Below are positions 1-9,003 of a stretch of 64,000 nucleotides of DNA, in pieces (position 1 is the stretch's first letter; each line of letters begins with the position of its first letter). Below the pieces are notes generated by a model that was not told the DNA's origin, searched no databases, and saw nothing but the letters and a program-made list of their open reading frames with translations. The position numbers were made by a program, and so were the translations under genes. Source of the DNA: an uncultured Clostridium sp. (GTDB lineage Bacteria; Bacillota; Clostridia; TANB77; CAG-508); contig USHX01000002.1 of the NCBI GenBank assembly GCA_900554565.1, positions 16,100 to 80,099 on the forward strand, written 5' to 3'.

Positions 1-855
1 GATGATACATTATTTAAAAAATACTGGCCAGCAGATTTACAAGTAGTTGGAAAAGACATTGCAAGATTCCATTTAATATATTGGCCAATATTCTTAATGG
101 CATTAGACTTACCAATACCAAAAACGATATTAGTTCATAACTGGATAACAATGAAAGATGGAAAAATGTCAAAATCAAAAGGAAATGTAATATATCCAGA
201 AACATTAATAGAAAGATATGGCTTAGATGCAACAAGATATTTCTTATTAAGACAAATACCAGTTGCGCAAGATGGAATATTTTCACCAGAAGAATTTGTA
301 GAAAGATACAATTTTGATTTATGTAACGACCTAAGTAACTTATTAAATAGAACAGTATCAATGGTAAATAAATATTTTGAAGGAAATGTACCAAAATATA
401 ATGGAACACCAAATGAAGTTGACAAAGAATTTGAAGACTTTACAATAAATCAAATAGACAAATTTGAAAACAAATTTAATAACTATGAAATTGCAAATGC
501 ACTTCAAGAAATATGGGCAATAATATCTAGAACAAACAAATATATAGATGAAACAAGTCCATGGGCACTTGCAAAAGAAGATGGAAATAAAGAAAAATTA
601 GAATCTTCAATGTATCATTTAATAGAAAATTTAAGAAAAATAGCAATTCTAATAACACCATTTATGAAAGAAACAGCAGAAAATATTTTTAGACAAATAG
701 GAATAGTAGATGAAAAAATGAAAACTTGGGAAAGCCTAAAACCTTATGAAAAACTAGAAGGAATAAAAGTTATTGAAAAAGGTGAACCAATATTTATGAG
801 ACTAAAACCAGAAGAAGAAATAGAATATATTAAAGAAGCAATGAAAAATAAATAA
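1..855 (+). CDS. metG: methionine--tRNA ligase, C-terminal part (5' end outside window)
   Basis: Frame 1 is open from base 1. Contains the KMSKS signature (GKMSKSKGN) and an anticodon-binding helical region. TAA at 853-855. Confidence 0.9.
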   Translation, partial: DDTLFKKYWPADLQVVGKDIARFHLIYWPIFLMALDLPIPKTILVHNWITMKDGKMSKSKGNVIYPETLIERYGLDATRYFLLRQIPVAQDGIFSPEEFVERYNFDLCNDLSNLLNRTVSMVNKYFEGNVPKYNGTPNEVDKEFEDFTINQIDKFENKFNNYEIANALQEIWAIISRTNKYIDETSPWALAKEDGNKEKLESSMYHLIENLRKIAILITPFMKETAENIFRQIGIVDEKMKTWESLKPYEKLEGIKVIEKGEPIFMRLKPEEEIEYIKEAMKNK

Positions 856-864
856 TAGTTACAA

Positions 865-908
865 AAAAGGCTTAATTGAACCAAAAAATGTTCAATTAGG
901 CCTTTTAA
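865..908 (+). terminator. rho-independent terminator after metG
   Basis: 16/17-bp stem aaaaggcttaattgaac / gttcaattaggcctttt followed by a T run. Confidence 0.55.
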
Positions 909-970
909 AAATGTCGAAAATAGTATATAATGTGTGTGGATAATAAATAAATAAAAGAAGGATGTAAAAA

Positions 971-1903
971 ATGGTAAATGATAAGGAGAAGGTATATCAA
1001 CTAGATATCTATAAAATAAATACAAGGCAGAAACTAGACAAGAAAAAAGTACTGTTAATAATATTACTAATAATTGCTCTTATATGTGCAATATTAACAC
1101 AAAAATACATATCAAGAACAATAAAAGAATATAAAGTATACAAACAATATGAAGCACAATTAGCATCAATAAATCATCAAGCAGAAGAAAAGCAAAAAAA
1201 GGCAGAAGAAAAAGCAGAAAAAGAAAGAAAAGAAAAATTACCAAACTTAACAGAAACAGGCAAAGAAAACATATCTAAGATTTACCATTCAGAAACTAAA
1301 AGAGTATTTTTAACGTTTGATGATGGACCATCATCTGTTACATCTAAAATATTAGACACACTAAAACAAGAAAACATAAAAGCATCCTTTTTCGTATTAG
1401 GAAATAATGTAGAAGCAAGACCAGAAATGGTAAAAAGAATGTATGATGAAGGACATTTTATTGGAATACACGGAACATCACATGTATATTCACAAATATA
1501 CCAATCACCACAATCAGTATTAGATGAATATAATGAATGTAATGAAAAAATAAAAAACGCACTAGGACAACAAGAATACAATCCACATTTATTCAGATTT
1601 CCGGGTGGATTAGCTGGTGGAAAATATGCTGAAATAAAGCAGCAAGCCAAAGAACTATTACTACAAAACAATATTGTAAATGTAGACTGGAATGCATTAA
1701 ATGGAGATGCTGAAACAAATAAGCTTTCACCAGAATTTGAAATACAAAGACTACAAGAAACAGCAGAAGGGAAAAATAGTGTAGTATTGTTAATGCATGA
1801 TGCCCAAGCGAAAAGTGTTACAGCAGATACATTACCACAAATAATTTCATATTTAAAAGAACAAGGATATGAATTCAAGAATTTTTACGAAATAATAAAA
1901 TAA
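971..1903 (+). CDS. membrane-anchored polysaccharide deacetylase (NodB homology domain)
   Basis: N-terminal TM helix (VLLIILLIIALICAIL), then NodB motifs FLTFDDGP, HGTSH and LLMHD. Confidence 0.8.
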   Translation: MVNDKEKVYQLDIYKINTRQKLDKKKVLLIILLIIALICAILTQKYISRTIKEYKVYKQYEAQLASINHQAEEKQKKAEEKAEKERKEKLPNLTETGKENISKIYHSETKRVFLTFDDGPSSVTSKILDTLKQENIKASFFVLGNNVEARPEMVKRMYDEGHFIGIHGTSHVYSQIYQSPQSVLDEYNECNEKIKNALGQQEYNPHLFRFPGGLAGGKYAEIKQQAKELLLQNNIVNVDWNALNGDAETNKLSPEFEIQRLQETAEGKNSVVLLMHDAQAKSVTADTLPQIISYLKEQGYEFKNFYEIIK

Positions 1904-1919
1904 ATGGAAGGAGAACACA

Positions 1920-4235
1920 GTGCCTAGAAAAAAATCAAATCAAAATACAGATATAAAAGAAAAATTGGAATATTTAGGACTTGACTTAAATAATATTCCA
2001 AAGGATTTAAGCAAATATAAACCATTAGATTTTAGGGTTCCTAAATTTTATGATGAAAAACAATATAGACAATATAAATATATACCAACAAAAAATATAC
2101 AAATATTATTATCGCAAACCAATAGATTAGATGACATTGCTGAAAAATATAAAAAGGCAAAACCATTAGCTAGCTATTTAGATGGTGAAAGTGAAGAAAA
2201 TATTTTAAATTATACAACATTTTTAAATATGCTAACAAAACTTAATATAAAAGAAATAGATGAAATAGAAGAAGAACAAAATAAACTAGCAAAAAAAATT
2301 CCATTCAAAGTAAAATATGAAAATAATTATTTATGGCAAATATATTATTCAGAAAATACAGACCAATATTTTATGCTAGTGCCTACAGAAGATACAGATT
2401 ACTCAACATTTTTTTATCTATTAAAAAAGCAAATAGAAAAAAAGAGAGCTTCAAAAATATTTGTCCCAATAAGAAATGCGGAATATAGTAGTGAATATTT
2501 AAAAAAATCAGAATTTGAAGATATAGAAAATTATTTATGGTTATTTACAAAGGATTGGCCTTTAATATATGAAGTATATGATAAAACAAACAAATTAAGT
2601 ATTCATATAGTGGGAGAAACAGAAGTATATCAAAAAGTAAAAAGCCCATATAAAATTAAACTAAAAGATAAAGAAGAGGCAAGTAGGTTCTATAAATTAT
2701 TAAAAGCAATGTTTATATTACAAACTGAATTACCACACTATTTTAAATTTACAACAAACATTACTAAAAATGGTGAAATAGAATTTGACTTAGAAGGTAA
2801 AAAACTAGAATATGAAGATATTGCAGCATGGTTAACAGAGGAATACAATATAGGAGAAGACAAGCAAAAAGTTGCTGAAGAACTTATTAAAGAAAACAAA
2901 GAAAAACTAGAAAAACTAAAAATAGAAATAGCGGCACAAGAAATAGAATATTTAGCAAAAGAAAAACAAATATCTACATTTTTAGAATGCAAAAAAACAT
3001 TTTTTGGAAAATTTAAATATTACTTTAAATACAGTAAGAAAAATAAAAAAAGCAAAATAAAGCAAGCTCCTGAAAATGTGAAAGATATTATTGAAAGCCA
3101 AGAAGATGAAAATCAAGAACTTCCAAAAAGAAAAAGAAAAAAATCAAATTATACAATTGAAGAGCTGATTGAATTATATAGAACAATAAATTTAAAAGAA
3201 AACGAGCTTAAAAATATCCTAATGGATTTAAATAGTTTAAAATTAAAAAACAAAAATATGACTAAAAAAATAGAAAATGCAACAGCATTTATAGAAGAAA
3301 TAGACAATCATAAGAAAAGTATATTTGAATTTTGGAAGTACAGCAATAAAGATGAAATGGCTACATTACCAGAAGGAGAACAAGAAGAAGTAAATATAAT
3401 AAAGAAAATAGAAAAAACATTTGACTATGAAGAAGATATAGAAAAGTTCGGAAAAACAATGGATAAAATGCAAAGAAAGTTGTTAAGCAAAGAAGAAACA
3501 GATAGCACTTATATTACAACAACTGGATTGTTAGAATTGGTAAATAAAATAAAAATAAATGACTTTTTACCAAAAGACATTGAAACTGAATTAAAAGAAA
3601 TAAAAAAAGAAGCAACTCAAGAAAAAGCACTTCTTGAAAACGAAGAATTTGATATATTTGGTGGGTTAAGTCAAGACAACACAAAAGTATCAAAAATAAA
3701 AAATAAAAAACACAGAGAATTGCCAAAAGATAAGTTTAATATTTTAGAAATAGGAAAAAATACAAAACAAATTGGATTTAAATTATCATTAGAAAATGTT
3801 ATATCAAATGTAAAGAAAGCTTTAGGAAAAGTAGTTATACCTGAAAATTTACCAGTTTATAAAGCAATTGTAGATGATAAATTAGATGATAGAATGTTTA
3901 ATATATTTAATATAAATCCTGAAAATGAAATAGCAGAAGCAATAAAAAGAGAAGGAAGTAAAGTTAATTTCTATAAATTAAACTTGAAAGAAGGTTCAAA
4001 TGCTATAAGTTTTACTAATTGTATATTTTATGATAATCAAAATAAGACATTGCCAATTGGACAAGATTTATCAACTAAAATGCTAGTAGATGTTTCAAAT
4101 TTAGTACTAAAATTAAAAAGCAAAAATACTTTTAAATTAGCAGAACTAGAAGATGAAAAGGATGATTTTTCTAAAATTAATGTTAAAACTGTTACTGTTT
4201 TTGAATTTGATGTTGATATAAAAAAACAGGATTAA
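1920..4235 (+). CDS. large hypothetical protein with K/E-rich coiled-coil-like centre
   Basis: 771-aa uninterrupted ORF with a GTG start just after GGAAGGAG. No motif I can name. Confidence 0.55.
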   Translation: MPRKKSNQNTDIKEKLEYLGLDLNNIPKDLSKYKPLDFRVPKFYDEKQYRQYKYIPTKNIQILLSQTNRLDDIAEKYKKAKPLASYLDGESEENILNYTTFLNMLTKLNIKEIDEIEEEQNKLAKKIPFKVKYENNYLWQIYYSENTDQYFMLVPTEDTDYSTFFYLLKKQIEKKRASKIFVPIRNAEYSSEYLKKSEFEDIENYLWLFTKDWPLIYEVYDKTNKLSIHIVGETEVYQKVKSPYKIKLKDKEEASRFYKLLKAMFILQTELPHYFKFTTNITKNGEIEFDLEGKKLEYEDIAAWLTEEYNIGEDKQKVAEELIKENKEKLEKLKIEIAAQEIEYLAKEKQISTFLECKKTFFGKFKYYFKYSKKNKKSKIKQAPENVKDIIESQEDENQELPKRKRKKSNYTIEELIELYRTINLKENELKNILMDLNSLKLKNKNMTKKIENATAFIEEIDNHKKSIFEFWKYSNKDEMATLPEGEQEEVNIIKKIEKTFDYEEDIEKFGKTMDKMQRKLLSKEETDSTYITTTGLLELVNKIKINDFLPKDIETELKEIKKEATQEKALLENEEFDIFGGLSQDNTKVSKIKNKKHRELPKDKFNILEIGKNTKQIGFKLSLENVISNVKKALGKVVIPENLPVYKAIVDDKLDDRMFNIFNINPENEIAEAIKREGSKVNFYKLNLKEGSNAISFTNCIFYDNQNKTLPIGQDLSTKMLVDVSNLVLKLKSKNTFKLAELEDEKDDFSKINVKTVTVFEFDVDIKKQD

Positions 4236-4250
4236 TAGTAGACAAAATAT

Positions 4251-4288
4251 AAAATATGTGCTAATATGTATTAGTACATATTTTATAT
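4251..4288 (+). terminator. rho-independent terminator
   Basis: 15-bp stem with one mismatch (aaaatatgtgctaat / attagtacatatttt) followed by T-rich sequence. Confidence 0.5.
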
Positions 4289-4371
4289 GCCGATGTGGCG
4301 GAATTGGTAGACGCACTGGATTCAAAATCCAGCGGGAAACCATGTGGGTTCGAGTCCCACCATCGGTACCA
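4289..4371 (+). tRNA. tRNA-Leu (anticodon CAA), class II with long variable arm, encoded CCA
   Basis: Acceptor stem GCCGATG/CATCGGT. Anticodon stem CTGGA/TCCAG with loop TTCAAAA. T arm GTGGG-TTCGAGT-CCCAC. Variable arm CGGGAAACCATGT. 3' ACCA. Confidence 0.92.
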
Positions 4372-4378
4372 TTAAGTG

Positions 4379-4424
4379 AAACTTTATAAGTATTGAAATA
4401 TCAATATTTTATAAGGTTTTTATT
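4379..4424 (+). terminator. hairpin terminator after the tRNA
   Basis: Long imperfect hairpin aaactttataagtattga...tcaatattttataaggttt followed by a T run. Confidence 0.45.
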
Positions 4425-4512
4425 ATTTGAATTAATGCAAAACTAACGCAATAGATTTTTTATTTGACTGAATAAAATTTCAATAAAAAAGCATACTATT
4501 ATCGGTGATAGT

Positions 4513-4698
4513 ATGATAGATAATTATAGAAAAAGTAAGAAAAAATTCAAAGAATATATAAAGAAAAATCCAGACTGTACAAAAGAAGAATGGGATAAAT
4601 ATGCGCAAGATAATAGACTATTTAGTAGCACTACATTGGCATTTCATAAGAATGCACATAACTTTGAAGAATTAAAGAATAAAATGAAAAGATTTTAG
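4513..4698 (+). CDS. small hypothetical protein (61 aa)
   Basis: ORF preceded by a GGTGA-like RBS. No recognisable domain. Confidence 0.35.
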   Translation: MIDNYRKSKKKFKEYIKKNPDCTKEEWDKYAQDNRLFSSTTLAFHKNAHNFEELKNKMKRF

Positions 4699-4776
4699 TA
4701 CAGTGAAGTTGGATGTAAAAGCAAAATAGATAGATAAAAATGATATTGGTAGAATTAGAATAGTTAGGGGAAATAT

Positions 4777-6210
4777 ATGAAAATAGGAATAGATATAGAT
4801 AATGTTATTTCAAACTTTAATGAACAATTATTAGAAGAATATAAAAAACATGATAAAGAGCTAAGAAACACAGGAATTATAAATGAAAAAGCAGAGTATA
4901 TAAGAAAGAATATGTTTGATTGGACAGATGATGAAGAAAAAGAATTTTATAATAACAACATAGAAAAAATTGTCAAAAATCTAAAGGTAATAGATGGAGC
5001 AAAAGAATATATAGAAAAATTGAAAAATGATGGACATAAGATTTATATTATAACAGGAAGAGACAATGGAGAATATACGGATCCATATAATATGACAAAA
5101 GAATGGCTAGAAAAATCGGGAATTTATTATGATAAATTAATTTTAACAAATGCATATAAAAATCAGGAAAATGGAAAAACGAAAAAATGCTTAGAAAATG
5201 ATATAGATATCATGATAGACGATTCGGTACATATTTGCCAAGATTGCATAGAAAACAGTATAACTACACTTTTAATGGACACTCCATATAACAAAAATGT
5301 AGATATTCAAAGAGTTTATAATTGGAAAGAAATATATGATTTTGTTAATGAATATAAAAAAGAGAAAGTAAATGTTATATTAGATACAGATACCTATAAT
5401 GAATGTGATGACCAATTTGCACTTGCATACATGATAAAATCACAAGATGTGTTTAATATAGAAGCAATAACAGTAGCACCATATTCAAATAAAGAAAAAA
5501 ATGTAACTGTTGCAGAAGGGCAAAAATTAAGTTATAACGAAATAATAAAAATATGCAAATGGACAAACTTTAATACTGAAAATAAAGTTTTTAAGGGTTC
5601 AAGAGATTATATCTCAAATGGTTATAATGAAAATAGTGAAGCGGTTAATAAAATAATAGAGATAGCTTTAAAGAATGAAAAAACATATATTATGGCAATA
5701 GGAGCACTTACTAATGTTGCACTAGCAATAAAAAAAGAACCTAAAATAATAGAAAAATTAGAAATTGTATGGCTAGGTGGACACAGTTTATTACAGAATA
5801 ATAATGAAGAATTTAATTTTATGCAAGATGTAGAAGCAGTTAGAATAGTTTTTAAATCAAAAGTAAAACTAACAGTAATACCTTGTAAAAATGTAGCTTC
5901 TAATTTGAGAACATCTATATATGAATTGCAATATCACTTGAAAGATAAAAATGATTTATGCAGTTATTTGATAGAAAGATTCCATGATGATGGATATCAT
6001 GGAGTAAAGAATAGGAGAGTAATATGGGATATAGCAGCAGTAGCCTACATGATAAATAGAAATTGGTTTACTGGTACCGAAATTAGTTGTCCAAAAATAG
6101 AAGAAAATACATCATATGAGTTGACAACAAATAGACATAAAATCATGATGATAAATTACATTGAAGTAAATAAGGTATATGAGGATTTGTTTGAAAAGTT
6201 GAAAAAATAG
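4777..6210 (+). CDS. fusion protein: HAD-type 5'(3')-deoxyribonucleotidase-like N-domain plus inosine/uridine-preferring nucleoside hydrolase C-domain
   Basis: N-terminus IGIDIDNVISNF carries the DxDxV nucleophile motif of HAD nucleotidases. The second half starts with the nucleoside-hydrolase Asp cluster ILDTDTYNECDDQFALAYM. The ORF is continuous and preceded by a GGGGA RBS. Confidence 0.7.
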   Translation: MKIGIDIDNVISNFNEQLLEEYKKHDKELRNTGIINEKAEYIRKNMFDWTDDEEKEFYNNNIEKIVKNLKVIDGAKEYIEKLKNDGHKIYIITGRDNGEYTDPYNMTKEWLEKSGIYYDKLILTNAYKNQENGKTKKCLENDIDIMIDDSVHICQDCIENSITTLLMDTPYNKNVDIQRVYNWKEIYDFVNEYKKEKVNVILDTDTYNECDDQFALAYMIKSQDVFNIEAITVAPYSNKEKNVTVAEGQKLSYNEIIKICKWTNFNTENKVFKGSRDYISNGYNENSEAVNKIIEIALKNEKTYIMAIGALTNVALAIKKEPKIIEKLEIVWLGGHSLLQNNNEEFNFMQDVEAVRIVFKSKVKLTVIPCKNVASNLRTSIYELQYHLKDKNDLCSYLIERFHDDGYHGVKNRRVIWDIAAVAYMINRNWFTGTEISCPKIEENTSYELTTNRHKIMMINYIEVNKVYEDLFEKLKK

Positions 6211-6212
6211 TT

Positions 6213-6247
6213 AAAAAGAACATTGGATATAATTCAATGTTCTTTTT
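6213..6247. terminator. bidirectional terminator between convergent genes
   Basis: Perfect 13-bp stem aaaaagaacattg / caatgttcttttt. Confidence 0.55.
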
Positions 6248-6251
6248 GATG

Positions 6252-6944
6252 CTATTTAATGTTCCTACAAAGCGAAATAGCTCTTTCTGCTGCACCTTCG
6301 CCATTAACTTTGTTATAAAGAGATGTATTAATAACAGAGTTAGAAAGATTAATTTTTATTACGCGACCTTTTAAATAATCAAATACGGTTTGGTTATTTA
6401 GTAACTCTTTAGCTTCTTTAATACTTAGAGGCTCAGGAGTAAATTCTTTATACCCAAGCCCGTGTGGATGAGAGCGATTGTAAAGACTGGCTAGTACTTC
6501 AGCCTTGTCCTTATTTGAAATATCCACCAAATTATCATCCAAAGTGGTTACTCCATATGTTTTAGCATTTTCTTCGATTTTATCAATTGGCTTTTCGAAA
6601 ACATTTTCGAATGATTTTCTAAAAGCATCTGAAAACTCTATATCTGCAATTTTATCTATTACTAATGGAAAGTAACGCAAATATATCATTATTCTTGAAG
6701 CTTCATCTGCTAATCTATACGGAATGTTTTTGCCAACGAATAATTCATCTAATACATCTTCCAATAACAATATAAGTTGTACTGGAGTTATAGAAGAACT
6801 TACAGATTCAGATAAATATCCACACAAGTCTTCAGATATCTCGTAAGGTACATTTTTAATTTTTGAAGCTTCTTTAAATTTATCAGAAGCGTTATTTAAT
6901 ATAGGAACATTTCCTAATATAATTTTTTTACTACTGTCATTCAT
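6252..6944 (-). CDS. hypothetical protein, paralog A of a tandem pair
   Basis: 230-aa ORF. Its C-terminal half matches the neighbouring gene (KAEVLASLYN..., ...GAAERAISLCRNIK). RBS GGAAGGGTGG. Confidence 0.6.
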   Translation of the reverse strand: MNDSSKKIILGNVPILNNASDKFKEASKIKNVPYEISEDLCGYLSESVSSSITPVQLILLLEDVLDELFVGKNIPYRLADEASRIMIYLRYFPLVIDKIADIEFSDAFRKSFENVFEKPIDKIEENAKTYGVTTLDDNLVDISNKDKAEVLASLYNRSHPHGLGYKEFTPEPLSIKEAKELLNNQTVFDYLKGRVIKINLSNSVINTSLYNKVNGEGAAERAISLCRNIK

Positions 6945-7042
6945 TTTTGTCCACCCTTCCTGTAAAAAAATTTATACTATTTTAGCATTAACTAACAATA
7001 AATAATTATACTTATTGCTAAATATAAAGCTATAACACTATT

Positions 7043-7071
7043 ATTATACCAAAAATGGGGCTAGAAGTCAA
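7043..7071 (-). promoter_or_regulatory. sigma-A type promoter for paralog A
   Basis: Minus strand reads TTGACT - 17 nt - TGgTATAAT. Confidence 0.55.
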
Positions 7072-7152
7072 TTTATGTAAATTACATCAGAAATTGCAAT
7101 ATTTTGAGCCAAAAGTAAAAAAGCATCGCAATTATGCAATGCCTTAAAACTA

Positions 7153-7821
7153 TTACTTAATGTTCCTACAAAGTGAGATGGCCTTTTCGGCAGCACCTAC
7201 ACCATTATTTTCATTATAATTAGTGACATCAATAACATTATTAGATAAATCAACTTGAATTAGGTGCCCAGGTAAATATCCAAAATAAGTGAAGTTTTCC
7301 AACAATTTTTTAGCTTCTTTTATATCCATAGGTTTAGGATCATAATGTGAAAAGCAAAGACCTTTTGAATTTGCATTGTTGTAAAGGCTGGCTAAGACTT
7401 CGGCCTTATTTTTATTTGAAATGTTTACTAAATTATTACCTAAGGTTAATACTCCATAATCTTTGTTTTTGTTATTTGTGTTCTTAACTTTTCCAAAACG
7501 CTTGCAAAAAAGTTCTTCAAACTTATTTGAAAAATCTTTATTAGCAATTTCTCTTATTACTACAGAAAAACAAGTTATGTGCTGCATAATTTCGTAAAAT
7601 TCATAAGAAAGTTTAAAATCAGCAATACCGAAACAAATGTCATCCAAAGCTCTAATTACTAATTGATATAACTGTGCTGGTGTTAAATTCTCATCTGCAA
7701 GTTCAGATATATAAACACAAAAATCTGCAATTTCCTTTGGGATATTATCTGATTCCTTACTAGCTTTTCTCAAAAGTTCGGGAACATTTTCTAGAAAAAT
7801 TTCTTTACTACTGCTTTGCAT
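7153..7821 (-). CDS. hypothetical protein, paralog B of a tandem pair
   Basis: 222-aa ORF ending ...GAAEKAISLCRNIK. It shares the leader and RBS region with paralog A. Confidence 0.6.
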   Translation of the reverse strand: MQSSSKEIFLENVPELLRKASKESDNIPKEIADFCVYISELADENLTPAQLYQLVIRALDDICFGIADFKLSYEFYEIMQHITCFSVVIREIANKDFSNKFEELFCKRFGKVKNTNNKNKDYGVLTLGNNLVNISNKNKAEVLASLYNNANSKGLCFSHYDPKPMDIKEAKKLLENFTYFGYLPGHLIQVDLSNNVIDVTNYNENNGVGAAEKAISLCRNIK

Positions 7822-7921
7822 ATATTGAGTCCACCTTTCCTGTAAAAAAATTTCTATTTATTAAGTCTATACTGGCAATAGATAGTTATCTTATTGCAAA
7901 CAATATGGAAATAACGAAACT

Positions 7922-7950
7922 ATTATAGCAAAAATATTATTTAAAGTCAA
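7922..7950 (-). promoter_or_regulatory. sigma-A type promoter for paralog B
   Basis: Minus strand reads TTGACT - 17 nt - TGcTATAAT. Confidence 0.55.
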
Positions 7951-7984
7951 TTTATGTAAATTGTAGCAAGAAAAATCTTTTATG

Positions 7985-8013
7985 TTGACAACAGGGCACA
8001 AAAAATATATACT
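7985..8013 (+). promoter_or_regulatory. possible promoter for the 8031 gene
   Basis: TTGACA - 17 nt - TATACT. It lies very close to the RBS, so this is uncertain. Confidence 0.35.
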
Positions 8014-8030
8014 AGAAAAGGTGATTAAAT

Positions 8031-8978
8031 TTGAGCAAATTAGAAAAATATATAGAAGAAGTAAAAAGAAAAACAGAAGGATATTCAGATATTGAAAAAT
8101 TACGATATGTATATTTAGATTTAGGAAAAAGATTTGCATTTGACCTAAATTTTTCATTTGGAAATAGTAGAAGGAAGAAAGAAATATATGATCATAGTGG
8201 ATTTCAAGAAGAACTTGAAAAAAGTATGGAAAATAATACAATAATATGTAAATCAATATCATATATATATGAACACATAGTAAAACAATTAGGAATAAAA
8301 GCTGAATCAATTATAGCACCAGAAGACTATAGTAAATATCCACACATGTACAATATTATAACTACCAAAGAAGACCAAAAATATAAATTTGATTTACAAG
8401 AAGATATGAGATATATAAAAGCAAATATGAGAACAAAGCACTTTGGGAAAGCAATTGATGAAGAACAAGATTTAGTAACAAGAAAAGAACTAGAAAATAT
8501 AGACAGAAAATTACAATATATAAATAAAGACCAGTATTATACAGATGAATACTTAGAATTAATAAAACTAAACATGCAAATGTTTGAAAATTTAGAAGAA
8601 AAGGCAGAATTTGTTTTCAATAATTTAGATGTATATGTCAATAAGAATATGAAATATGCGGATAGAAGATGGAGAATGGAAGATATAATAGGAACAGATT
8701 ATCAAGAAGGATTAATATTTTCAAAAGAAGATAAGAAAAAAATAAATATTGTAGATTGTTACAAAAAAATTAATAGCGAAAAGAAATATAAACTAGGAAT
8801 AACTGTAGCCAAAAAGAATGGCATAGATGTATACATGTTTTCAGAAGAAATGAATTCTTTTAAAAAACTAACATTAGAGCAATTTGCAGAACAAGTAGAA
8901 AATGGATTAGTAAATATACAAGGAATACAGGGACTAAAAGCAATTTTAAGAAATCGAAAAGAAGAAAAGGAAAAATAG
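8031..8978 (+). CDS. hypothetical protein (possibly transglutaminase-like Cys-His-Asp fold)
   Basis: TTG start after AAAGGTGA. The spacing of ICKS, PHMYN and FDLQED resembles a papain/transglutaminase triad. Tentative. Confidence 0.45.
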   Translation: MSKLEKYIEEVKRKTEGYSDIEKLRYVYLDLGKRFAFDLNFSFGNSRRKKEIYDHSGFQEELEKSMENNTIICKSISYIYEHIVKQLGIKAESIIAPEDYSKYPHMYNIITTKEDQKYKFDLQEDMRYIKANMRTKHFGKAIDEEQDLVTRKELENIDRKLQYINKDQYYTDEYLELIKLNMQMFENLEEKAEFVFNNLDVYVNKNMKYADRRWRMEDIIGTDYQEGLIFSKEDKKKINIVDCYKKINSEKKYKLGITVAKKNGIDVYMFSEEMNSFKKLTLEQFAEQVENGLVNIQGIQGLKAILRNRKEEKEK

Positions 8979-9003
8979 AATATAGAAAGATAAGGACAAA
9001 CAA

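Noticed and set aside
14-412. Long antisense ORFs throughout the track, rich in L/F/S/I/C (for example 14-412, 14857-15363, 17506-18000, 31431-31904).
   Set aside because: They lie opposite well-supported genes and have low-complexity composition typical of the reverse strand of AT-rich, K/E/N-rich coding sequence. They also lack RBS signals, so they are shadow ORFs.
4289-8030. An integrated mobile element or prophage remnant at tRNA-Leu.
   Set aside because: There is no integrase, no phage or transposase genes, and no direct repeat of the tRNA 3' end downstream. I note only that the content beside the tRNA is accessory.
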